Assembly (NCBI GenBank): GCA_049644685.1
Contig: JBARSJ010000131.1
Span: forward strand, 307 to 64,306
DNA from: Anaerolineales bacterium
GTDB lineage: Bacteria; Chloroflexota; Anaerolineae; Anaerolineales; UBA11858
Length of the DNA stretch: 64,000 nucleotides
Reading direction: 5' to 3'
Below are positions 47,753 to 55,708 of this stretch, piece by piece. Both the position numbers and the translations under genes were made by a program. How positions within the stretch are numbered: position 1 is the stretch's first letter; every line of letters starts with the position of its first letter. Under the pieces are notes generated by a model. The model did no database searches. It was not told the origin of the DNA and saw only the letters and a program-made list of their open reading frames with translations.

Positions 47753-47920
47753 CCAAAGACTTTTGAAGATCTGCTATTTTAGGTGACCAATTGGAGGAAT
47801 CCTTGTGCCCCCTTTTGTAAAAAGCATGCACCTTTGCCATGATTTCTATTTCGAGTGTTGCTCCGATAATGGAAAGACATTTTCCTGAAATTTGCCGTTA
47901 CCTTAGATGAGGAGTGTTTT

Positions 47921-49153
47921 ATGACGCAGTTGGATTCAAAATTTATCAGAAGTCAATTTCCTGCATTCCAAGAGCCGTCATTAAATGGATGGGGCTTTTT
48001 TGAAAATGCGGGCGGGTCCTATACTTGCCGGCAGGTGATTTCCTGCCTGAACGACTACTATACACAGACTAAGGTTCAACCCTATCATAATTACCCAGCA
48101 GCACAAAAAGCGGGTGCGGCAATGGATGAATCCTACAGTCGACTGGCAGCATACCTCAATGTCAGCGAAGATGAAGTCCAGTTTGGCCCCTCAACCACTC
48201 AGAACCTCTATGTTCTGGCCCAAGCCTTCCGAGAGCTGTGGAACGAGGGAGATGAAATCATCCTGTCCAACCAGGATCACGAGGCCAATGCCGGATTTTG
48301 GAGGCGCCTTGAAAAAACAGACATCGTGATCAAGGAATGGTGCGTTGATTCTGAAACAGGATTATTGAATCCGGATGATTTGGATGCCATGCTGTCCCAT
48401 AAAACCAAGTTGCTGGCATTCCCTCATTGTTCCAATATTATTGGCCATGTCAATCCGGTGACTGAAATCGTATCAAAGGCAAAAGCTGCCAACGTCTGCG
48501 TAGTAGTGGACGGGGTGGCCTATGCCCCTCATGGACTGCCGGACATTGGATCACTGGGAGCAGATATTTACCTGTTTTCCCTTTACAAGACCTGGGGACC
48601 ACATCTCGGGCTCATGACCATTAACAAAGAACTCATGGATAGGTTGCCCAACCAGGGTCACTTCTTTAACAGTCACATTCTTCGAAAAAAGATGCTGCCG
48701 GCTGGCCCTGACCATGCCCAGATCGCTGCCGCTTCTGGTGTGGCCCACTATCTTGATACTGTTTATGAGCACCATTACTCCAAATCGGTGGATCAGGCAG
48801 AAAAAGGAAGGCATCTTAGAAAACTATTCCGGGATCATGAGAGAAATCTGCTGGCAAAGCTCCTGGAATGGTTGCGGCAGCGCGACGATATTTACATTGT
48901 TGGACCAGATGATCCCGAACTACGCGTTCCAACCGTATCGATCATACCCCAAAAGAAATCCATTGATGAGGTCCAAGCGGTACTGACAGCAAATAAACTG
49001 ATGACAGGGCAGGGACATTTTTACGCTGCCCGCCCGTTAATGGGATTGAACATCCCCATTGACACCGGTGTTCTACGATTTTCATTCCTCCATTACACAA
49101 TTGAGGATGAGATCAACCAACTTATTGACGGGCTTTCCACAGCTCTGGGTTAA
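47921..49153 (+). CDS. Class V aminotransferase-fold PLP enzyme (cysteine-desulfurase / selenocysteine-lyase-like) (cassette B6)
   Basis: 410 aa. The motif FSLYKTWGPH is a candidate PLP-lysine site. GAGGAG RBS upstream. Confidence 0.7.
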   Translation: MTQLDSKFIRSQFPAFQEPSLNGWGFFENAGGSYTCRQVISCLNDYYTQTKVQPYHNYPAAQKAGAAMDESYSRLAAYLNVSEDEVQFGPSTTQNLYVLAQAFRELWNEGDEIILSNQDHEANAGFWRRLEKTDIVIKEWCVDSETGLLNPDDLDAMLSHKTKLLAFPHCSNIIGHVNPVTEIVSKAKAANVCVVVDGVAYAPHGLPDIGSLGADIYLFSLYKTWGPHLGLMTINKELMDRLPNQGHFFNSHILRKKMLPAGPDHAQIAAASGVAHYLDTVYEHHYSKSVDQAEKGRHLRKLFRDHERNLLAKLLEWLRQRDDIYIVGPDDPELRVPTVSIIPQKKSIDEVQAVLTANKLMTGQGHFYAARPLMGLNIPIDTGVLRFSFLHYTIEDEINQLIDGLSTALG

Positions 49154-49243
49154 TACGATGAATCCCCGCAGAGTCTGTCTTGAAATCTGTCAGATCAAAG
49201 TACACTCAATTTTTGGAACCTAGGGAAATGGCATATCAAAAAC

Positions 49244-49329
49244 ACCTCATAACCCGCCGGTCAACCGGACAGCAGGGGCTTCCGATCCGCTCCAGCCCTG
49301 CTACTGGTTACCTCTGCGATAGGTTGAGA
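49244..49329 (+). other. attC site B6
   Basis: CTCATAAC (49246-53). GGT(C)AACC pairs with GGTTACC, and AGCAGGG(G)CT pairs with AGCCCTGCT, giving two extrahelical bases on the 5' arm. It ends in GTTGAGA (49323-29). Confidence 0.6.
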
Positions 49330-49347
49330 AAGAAATTCGCTTACTAT

Positions 49348-49447
49348 AGGGTTATAATTCAGGAGAATATTATATAAAGCCGGTTCGAGATCTGTCCACT
49401 AACGTCCACTCAATTACCGCTATTCTAAGAGGGTAGCGGTTTTCTTG
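49348..49447 (+). ncRNA. Repeated noncoding module R3: -10-like box, conserved motif, terminator
   Basis: GGTTATAAT (-10 at 49353-58). Motif GGTTCGAGATCTGTCCACTAACGTCCACT (49382-49410). Hairpin ACCGCTA/TAGCGGT followed by TTTCTT. Confidence 0.4.
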
Positions 49448-49529
49448 TTCTATAATACAATTATACAGAACTGCAACGATACTTCCTGAACATCACCATA
49501 AATCGAACCATTAAACTGGATAACCTACC

Positions 49530-50177
49530 ATGCGAACATATATTCAACTGGAAAACACACATATATATGAACTCCCGGTGGAATTTCAAGATGATGATGT
49601 TCGGTACTCAGAGAGCCTGGTAGAGTATTTTTTAAATAAATATACCAAGGAGAAGGATTTAGTATTTGATCCGTTTGCAGGATTTGGAACCACCCTGTTG
49701 GTTGCAGAGAGAATGGGGAGGATACCCCTCGGTATAGAATTCGATGAGAGTCGCGTGCAGTATATTCAATCGAAGTTGAAGCAGCCAGCCAAAATAATTC
49801 TTGGGGATTCACGTAAACTTAAATCATATAACTTGCCAGCCTTCAACTTCTCAATTACCTCGCCTCCCTATATGAGCAAATTCGATAGAGAAAACCCATT
49901 CACAGCATATACAACAAAAGGAAAAGGCTATTCGGCATATCTTAATGATATTCGATCCATTTATAAACAGATGGCTCATTTAATGGCAACTGATGCAATG
50001 GTTGTTCTAGAAATTGCAAATATCAAAAAAAGAGGCAGTGTCACTACACTTGCCTGGGATATTGCCAAAGAAATATCTCAGGTGCTTCATTTTGAAGGTG
50101 AAATAATTGTGAATTGGGATAATTATGGCGGTGGTTACGATCATAGTTATTGTTTGATATTTACAAATCCAAATTAA
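49530..50177 (+). CDS. DNA methyltransferase (N6-A or N4-C type), no restriction partner nearby (cassette B7)
   Basis: 215 aa. The SAM-binding motif FDPFAGFGTT precedes the catalytic SPPY. Confidence 0.75.
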   Translation: MRTYIQLENTHIYELPVEFQDDDVRYSESLVEYFLNKYTKEKDLVFDPFAGFGTTLLVAERMGRIPLGIEFDESRVQYIQSKLKQPAKIILGDSRKLKSYNLPAFNFSITSPPYMSKFDRENPFTAYTTKGKGYSAYLNDIRSIYKQMAHLMATDAMVVLEIANIKKRGSVTTLAWDIAKEISQVLHFEGEIIVNWDNYGGGYDHSYCLIFTNPN

Positions 50178-50193
50178 CTTCCGATAGAAAGTC

Positions 50194-50281
50194 AGTTCGA
50201 GATCTCCAACACCCTCGTGTTGGAGTCGCAGGATGGGGAAATTGACCTTCCCCTTCCCGCTGATGTCCACCAACGTCCACT
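50194..50281 (+). repeat. Module R4: the conserved motif split by a 58-nt insertion, at the right end of array B
   Basis: AGTTCGAGATCT (50194-205), then a 58-nt insert with hairpins CCAACAC/GTGTTGG and GGGGAA/TTCCCC, then TGTCCACCAACGTCCACT (50264-81). No promoter box is present. Confidence 0.5.
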
Positions 50282-50287
50282 AAGCTA

Positions 50288-50330
50288 AAGCCCCCACCCC
50301 TGGAAAGGAAATGGGGGCTTGCTTTTTATT
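50288..50330 (+). terminator. Rho-independent terminator closing array B
   Basis: AAGCCCCCA-cccctggaaaggaaa-TGGGGGCTT followed by GCTTTTTATTT. Confidence 0.7.
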
Positions 50331-50359
50331 TGGAGGATTTCGTGTGACTTCGAAGATTC

Positions 50360-51424
50360 CTACAAGCGAATCACATCTCCGCAAAACTCACAAGTAATAC
50401 TCTCCATCCCCCGTAGCAGGACCTGATTGATCGCCCCGCCGCAGGAGGGGCATTTTGTTGGTGCATCCTTGACTTTTTTGGCAGCAGCTTGGTCAATGGC
50501 GATGGCTCGCGTGGCGTCAAATTCCTTAGCTTTGGCCCGTTTGAGCAGGGCTTTCCATTCGTCGCCCCTTTGCCAGATGTGCAAATGCAGGAGGTCAAAG
50601 GGCGCACCGCTACTAAAGCGCACCTCGATATAGTCATCTTTATTCAAAAAACCCTCTTTGCGGGCCTTTGTCTCCTCGATCAGCGCTAGGGGGGCCTCCC
50701 AGAGGAGATCCTGGACCAACTTTTTCTCCGTGGCCACAAAAAGCACCTTCTTCGTCGCCACCTTTTCCTTCTGTTCAAAAAGGATCCGCTGGTCGGTCAA
50801 ATACAGTACTCCCTCAGGGTCATCTTTAGACTGCTTGCCGCCCTTCGCCCAAACTGCCTTGACCGCCATGATCCCTGATTCAGTTGCCAGCAGCTCAAAA
50901 CTCGCCTCGCTGAGTTCTGTCAGCATCCATTCCAGTTTGGTGAGATGGTTTTTTACTTTCTGAACCTCGCCGCTGAATTGATCGTATCCCCCGCGGATGC
51001 TTTCCTCCGCTGCCTCGACGCGGCCTTCCAGCGATTCCACCTGGGATTTGAGCTTGCTCACTCGGGGACGCAGGGCCCCCGGCGCTCCGCTTTCTCCCCC
51101 CAACCCCGCGATCTGCGTCTCCAAAGGGCGCAAGGACCGCTCCATGATACTGGCTTCTTTCTCAATCTGCGCTTCGAGTTTGGGCGCGATCCCGGCCCAT
51201 TCTTTTTCAAAATCTGCCGCCATCTCTTCCAATTCTTTCTCGAAAGCATACCCACTCTCACGCAAGGATTCGATCCGCCGATCCATCCCGTTGACAGATG
51301 TACCCAAATCCTCCACACTATCCCGGATCTCCGTCATCCGCACCGAGGATTGTAAATCCCGCAAAGAAGATTGCAGGTTTTGAATATCGTTTTTAACTTG
51401 CTCGGCAAGGCTTTGATTTGACAT
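50360..51424 (-). CDS. Coiled-coil protein with bacterial PH/GRAM-like domain and C-terminal zinc ribbon; unknown function
   Basis: 354 aa. The N-terminal ~180 aa have heptad-like, Glu/Leu/Ser-rich sequence. GVLYLTDQRILFEQKEK is bPH-like. The C-terminus is CPSCGG...CEFCG. GAAGGAG RBS upstream. Confidence 0.6.
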   Translation of the reverse strand: MSNQSLAEQVKNDIQNLQSSLRDLQSSVRMTEIRDSVEDLGTSVNGMDRRIESLRESGYAFEKELEEMAADFEKEWAGIAPKLEAQIEKEASIMERSLRPLETQIAGLGGESGAPGALRPRVSKLKSQVESLEGRVEAAEESIRGGYDQFSGEVQKVKNHLTKLEWMLTELSEASFELLATESGIMAVKAVWAKGGKQSKDDPEGVLYLTDQRILFEQKEKVATKKVLFVATEKKLVQDLLWEAPLALIEETKARKEGFLNKDDYIEVRFSSGAPFDLLHLHIWQRGDEWKALLKRAKAKEFDATRAIAIDQAAAKKVKDAPTKCPSCGGAINQVLLRGMESITCEFCGDVIRL

Positions 51425-51734
51425 GAGATCTCCTTCTTCAGCTGAATGGATGGCTTTATTCTAACTGATTTTTCCCATTGTCGAAACGTGGAAAATACCC
51501 TTTTAAGGATGCTTGGCGAGGAAACGGAGGCAAATCCTCCGCAGAAGAAGCTCGCCTGCCGGGCGCTTGTAGTCCTGAACGTTCTCTGTTTAATGATGAC
51601 TCCTCAGTTCAAAACAAACGACTGCCCAGTTGCTCCCAAGGGGACTTTCTCCGAATTCCCCAACAATTGAGCTTTTAAATGTTATGATTGAAAGTGAACC
51701 ACAAACGGCTATTGTTTAGTAAGGACAGGTAAAT

Positions 51735-51848
51735 ATGGGTGACAAAGGAAAAAGAGATAAAGGCAAGCGAGAAACAAAAAAGAAAGCAAAATTAACCATT
51801 AAAGAAAAGCGCAAACAGAAAAAAGAAAAAGACCTAACTGGTTCATAG
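51735..51848 (+). CDS. Possible 37-aa lysine-rich peptide (MGDKGKRDKGKRETKKKAKLTIKEKRKQKKEKDLTGS)
   Basis: ATG preceded by AAGGACAGG. It is below the size cutoff of the ORF track, and low-complexity sequence could produce it by chance. Confidence 0.3.
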   Translation: MGDKGKRDKGKRETKKKAKLTIKEKRKQKKEKDLTGS

Positions 51849-51978
51849 TCTTTGTGATTGTGACAGTCTGCTATTCTGAGCCGAAACGCAGAGAGGCGAA
51901 GAATCTCGTAAGTCCCAGATAAGGATCTAACTCAAGGCACTCAGGATGTCCCTGAGCAATCTACGATTAATTTTCTAC

Positions 51979-52010
51979 AGACTGAATACTTATTACCGAT
52001 TACTGATCAC
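51979..52010. repeat. Heptanucleotide tandem repeat (degenerate, x4)
   Basis: AGACTGA ATACTTA TTACCGA TTACTGA TCAC. Confidence 0.7.
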
Positions 52011-52121
52011 ATACCCCACCACCAACACGCCTGATATCCCAATAATCTCCCCACAATCAAACATTTGAAGGATTGGAAGTTTAAACGTTCCAACCTGCCA
52101 ACCTTCAGCTCTTTTTCCCTA

Positions 52122-52130
52122 TGCTATACT
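52122..52130 (+). promoter_or_regulatory. Extended -10 box TGCTATACT upstream of the tail-tube-like gene
   Basis: Same 9-mer as at 10356 and 47647. It lies 70 nt upstream of the ATG at 52200. Confidence 0.4.
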
Positions 52131-52199
52131 GAGGTTAGAAGAGAACAACACAGCAGATTTAATTTGTTAACAGTACCAATCTGATCAAAGGAGGATATT

Positions 52200-52634
52200 A
52201 TGCCGAACAGAAGAGATTTTGATCATATAGGCAGCTTTAATTTCAGGGTGGAAATAAATGGGGTAACTGAGGGCCACTTCATTTATGTCTCTGGTCTTGA
52301 AAGTCAGAGTGAGGTGATTGAATATAGAAATGGCGCTGATAACCTCACCAGAAAAATCCCGGGGCGTACTTCGTATTCTAATATCATAATGCGCCGTGGA
52401 TACAATAATGTGGATGAATTATGGAATTGGCGAAAAAGTGTCACGGATGGGGCTATTAATCGGAGAAGTGGCTCAATATTCATCCTGGGTGCTGATGCGG
52501 AAACTGTAATCACGGAGTTCAATTTTTTTGAAGCCTGGCCCTGCCGCTATGAACTGGGACAATTCAATGGGGACCTCGATTCCGTATTAATTGAAGAGAT
52601 TGAAATCGTTACTGAAAGAATTGAACGAAAATAA
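52200..52634 (+). CDS. Phage tail-tube-like protein (T4 gp19 / 'conserved hypothetical phage tail region protein' family)
   Basis: 144 aa. Pattern F.F.VEI.G.....F..VSGLES..EVIEYR.G.......K.PGR..Y.NI...RG......LW.W.........R..GSI.......E.....F..AWP......F......V.IE.IE. AAAGGAGG RBS upstream. Confidence 0.75.
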   Translation: MPNRRDFDHIGSFNFRVEINGVTEGHFIYVSGLESQSEVIEYRNGADNLTRKIPGRTSYSNIIMRRGYNNVDELWNWRKSVTDGAINRRSGSIFILGADAETVITEFNFFEAWPCRYELGQFNGDLDSVLIEEIEIVTERIERK

Positions 52635-52765
52635 ATACCAATCAGTTCAATGAATAACCCTGGGTTTTGAGAGGGAACAGGGAACGTCGCAGCCGGTTTG
52701 AGAGGTTCCACCACCGCCCTTACACGATGCGGAACCGCTCATTAAGTTGGAAGGAATTGTCACTC

Positions 52766-53614
52766 ATGGAAAATAAAATTAACGATATTAAAAGAGCGTT
52801 TGATTTTCTGATCACACACACTCAAGAAAGAAAATCTTTTTCAGTTGAGCAATTTTCTACTGAAGCGGGGTGGTCTATTCCGGAGACCAGGGAAAGAATT
52901 TCCAATCGCTTGAGCGACCTAATATATCAAGAAGGAGAACTTTTTTTTGCTAAACCTGAAATTCTCCGGGTGCGTTTGGATGATTTCAAAGAACTCCTGG
53001 GTCAGAAAAAACGCCTGTTTGCAGATTATGTCTTAGAGGTATCATCAAGCATTCTTATCTATGAATTCTTTATGCCGCTTACCCGGGAAGATAGATTGCG
53101 TGAAGCGCTCGATAACCTGTTTTATCGGGATGCAATCGAACAGAGAATTCAAGAAATTGGTATCCCTGGAATTCGTGCGGGACTAAAGCTGTCCCCTGAT
53201 TATTCTGAAGATAAAATCCGGGGTATGGTATTTGATTTTATTGAAAGTACGATCAGCGGTTACTCAATATACCTGGTGAATGGACGTTATAGAGCGGACG
53301 TCCTTGCTTCTCGTGCGGAAGTCGTTTCCAGGCCATTCTCTTCTGGTCCGTATATTGTTGAAGAGACAACAGCCATTGTCCGGTTTATCCTGCCGGTAGA
53401 AACAGATGCGGGGAAATTTGAACACGGCAAGATATTGGAACCTGCATCAGCGGTAAGCGGCACCAAGAAGCGGGCAGAATTGTTGAGTTGGTTATTTCTA
53501 AATTTCTTTGCAGAAGCATTAATCCGTGTAGTGCAAAAGGAAGATGAGATCTGGCTGCTCGAATCTGGCATGCGATCCGCGTTTTATCGCTGGATTCGTC
53601 GGGATGAGGATTAG
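52766..53614 (+). CDS. Hypothetical protein, probably co-transcribed with the tail-tube-like gene
   Basis: 282 aa from the ATG at 52766; the track offers a TTG at 52667. I recognise no motif. The N-terminus could be a winged helix (FSVEQFSTEAGWSIPETRERISNRLSDL). Confidence 0.5.
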   Translation: MENKINDIKRAFDFLITHTQERKSFSVEQFSTEAGWSIPETRERISNRLSDLIYQEGELFFAKPEILRVRLDDFKELLGQKKRLFADYVLEVSSSILIYEFFMPLTREDRLREALDNLFYRDAIEQRIQEIGIPGIRAGLKLSPDYSEDKIRGMVFDFIESTISGYSIYLVNGRYRADVLASRAEVVSRPFSSGPYIVEETTAIVRFILPVETDAGKFEHGKILEPASAVSGTKKRAELLSWLFLNFFAEALIRVVQKEDEIWLLESGMRSAFYRWIRRDED

Positions 53615-53806
53615 TGAACCACCGCCAATGATCGGTGTTGGTAATACCAACATTGGATTGTTCGGAAAAAGATATGCTATGATCAAGTTGTCGAGAGGCA
53701 ATAAAAATGTTACTACCCCCGGGGAATTGGGATTGGGTGCAAATTTTAGAAGCGCCTTCCTAATTAAATCAGTTAAATATTTTTAGCCTGTATAAGGAAG
53801 AAATAT

Positions 53807-54079
53807 ATGTCTGATCAAAATGAGGAACGAAGCAGCTTCATGGATTACCCGGTGGGGAAGATTGTTGTGGGCGCCATTTTCCTGGGAGGTGCCTACTGGT
53901 TATATGGTGTTTTTTACGAGCTTCAAACCGGGGTGCGCGAATCTGTTCGAATACATTGGTTGATTGCTATGTTATATAATTCGCTTGGCCCAACACTTTC
54001 CCTGCTCATCATGGTGCTAATAGGCATCCTGGCAATCGTTTTTGGCATTATCCAATTACTCCGAGAAAGTAGAAATTAA
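53807..54079 (+). CDS. Small two-TM membrane protein
   Basis: 90 aa, AAGGAAG RBS, two hydrophobic helices. Confidence 0.5.
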   Translation: MSDQNEERSSFMDYPVGKIVVGAIFLGGAYWLYGVFYELQTGVRESVRIHWLIAMLYNSLGPTLSLLIMVLIGILAIVFGIIQLLRESRN

Positions 54080-54161
54080 TCTTCGCTTCCCTGGTATTGG
54101 GGAAACATAACCAGGGGTAAGATCAGTTGAACTTTTCTGTTCAGGGTGCCCAAAATTCCTG

Positions 54162-54275
54162 TGAGGTTGAGCGAAAACTATTTATTATTTACTGCATACT
54201 GATCACTGGGTACTGAACGCCTATCCGCTTACCCAGTCCCCAAGTCTCATAGTCACCCTCACACCTTCACACATT
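54162..54275 (+). repeat. Composite dispersed repeat, copy e (19-mer, heptads, CCAGTC/AAGTCTCA tail)
   Basis: TGAGGTTGAGCGAAAACTA (54162-80) is identical to 55709-27. Heptads TTACTGC ATACTGA TCACTGG GTACTGA (54189-217) follow, then ...CCCAGTCCCCAAGTCTCATAGTCACC. Confidence 0.75.
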
Positions 54276-54343
54276 CAATCCCCTCTGCTCTGGCAGCGGA
54301 CATAAAGCCCGACTGCCAGGATTTCAGGAGATATCAATTTAAG

Positions 54344-55486
54344 TTAAGGTCTGAACCCGAAAAAAGCAATTGGCACAGTTTGCCCACCGCCGCTGCCTGC
54401 TATCCCCAACGCCTCAATTCTGAGTGTATGAGTACCGGGAGGATAACAGCGCACCTCAATGTAGACCGCATGCACATAAGCTTCAGCATCATGCCAGTAG
54501 GAAGAAGTATCACCTCGCCAGACCTCAACTCCATCAAAGAGTACCCGGGCCCAGCCGATAGTGCTTTCACCGTGCGGTTGGACTCCCATAGCAGAGTAGG
54601 GATTACTGGTGGTGGCTTCCAGATATTGTCCTCCGACTAATATGATAGCTTGTTGGAATTGATGACCTCCTCCATTTGTAAGGGAAATCCCCTCCGGAGA
54701 AGGATAATCAAAATAGTTGGCAGGGGCTGTCACCTCCGGTTGGTAAGCTGTTGACATCACCCAGCCTGGAGAGCTGTAGATCCGGGTTTCCATTCCCTGA
54801 CCATCACAGGAATTTTCAGACACAGGACATTTCCCCTTAGAGACCGACGCGGTCGATGGGGGTGCGCTGATGGCTACTTCCTCTGCAAAGTTCAGATCGT
54901 CGCTATCATTTTCATCCAGCAGGGTGGGTCCTTCTTCAATGTAATGGAAGTAATCCATCTGTCCATCCTCATCCAGGTCACCTTCTTCCCAATCAATGCA
55001 CCAGGAATAGGTGCCCATCGGCACTGAAATAAACCTGCTGGTGTTCGGCCAGGTTCCCGAGCCTGAGTTTGCGGACGAGACCGTTGATGCCGCGGAAGGG
55101 GGTTGAGCTTCAGTCGATCCCAGTGGAAAATAAGTCCAGGCCCGGACGGTGGCGTTGAACTCGCCGTAGTTGACAAATCCTACCGGTTTTAAATCCCCTT
55201 CCCCTCCACCAGCTGGGGAGCTATCTGCGGCTGGAGCACCTTCTGCCGTTTCGTCTTCCAGGTAGGCATCTCCACCAGTGGCTACTCCAACACTTCCACC
55301 TTCCCCCGGATCAGGTGGATTTACCAATTCAGTTTCCAAAGGAGCACTCCTAATAGAATCGATCATTTCTTTTTCCGGATTGTTCCATAAATTACAGCTG
55401 GTTTGGGTCAACATTATTGCTAAAATAACAAAAGAAATAATAATCACTCTTTTAGATGGTGTTGTCTGGTTATTCCGGTAGCTCAT
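54344..55486 (-). CDS. Secreted or lipid-anchored hypothetical protein
   Basis: The ATG at 55486 has GGGAGA upstream. N-terminal hydrophobic anchor ending ..LTQTSC, a low-complexity Gly/Ala/Glu linker, and a Cys-containing C-terminal domain. Confidence 0.55.
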   Translation of the reverse strand: MSYRNNQTTPSKRVIIISFVILAIMLTQTSCNLWNNPEKEMIDSIRSAPLETELVNPPDPGEGGSVGVATGGDAYLEDETAEGAPAADSSPAGGGEGDLKPVGFVNYGEFNATVRAWTYFPLGSTEAQPPSAASTVSSANSGSGTWPNTSRFISVPMGTYSWCIDWEEGDLDEDGQMDYFHYIEEGPTLLDENDSDDLNFAEEVAISAPPSTASVSKGKCPVSENSCDGQGMETRIYSSPGWVMSTAYQPEVTAPANYFDYPSPEGISLTNGGGHQFQQAIILVGGQYLEATTSNPYSAMGVQPHGESTIGWARVLFDGVEVWRGDTSSYWHDAEAYVHAVYIEVRCYPPGTHTLRIEALGIAGSGGGQTVPIAFFGFRP

Positions 55487-55708
55487 CGTTGTATCTCCCT
55501 TTTGGGTTCTGGAATCAATGAAGTGACTAAATAATCTATTGCTCAATGATAAGATGCTATATCTAATTAACCTTTGTAATAGTAAATTAATTCCAATCCG
55601 ATTTCAAGAGCTATGAAATCATTCAATTGCCCCCGTCCCACCTTTCGATACCCCTTCGGTAAACCCTTCGACAGGCTCAGGAAAGGCAGGATAAAATATG
55701 GATGCCTA

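Larger units (their letters stand above)
41989..50285 (+). mobile_element. Integron-like gene cassette array B (7 cassettes including one ORF-less); starts about 390 bp downstream of tRNA-Val (450 bp to the first crossover); no integrase seen
   Basis: Same attC family as array A. Cassette starts and R'' boxes are reverse complements at 12/12, 9/9 and 10/10 nt. All ORFs are co-oriented. Confidence 0.75.

Noticed and set aside
51425-51734. A riboswitch or other known cis-regulatory RNA in the 310-bp spacer. I compared it from memory with the c-di-GMP, ZTP, SAM and guanidine motifs.
   Set aside because: I could find no conserved core sequence. The ORFs 51446-51670 and 51478-51678 look spurious. 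The region stays unassigned rather than called.
52200-53614. A complete extracellular contractile injection system or prophage tail cluster.
   Set aside because: Only the tube-like gene is present. No sheath, baseplate, spike, tape-measure, ATPase, capsid, terminase or integrase ORFs appear in the six-frame track nearby.
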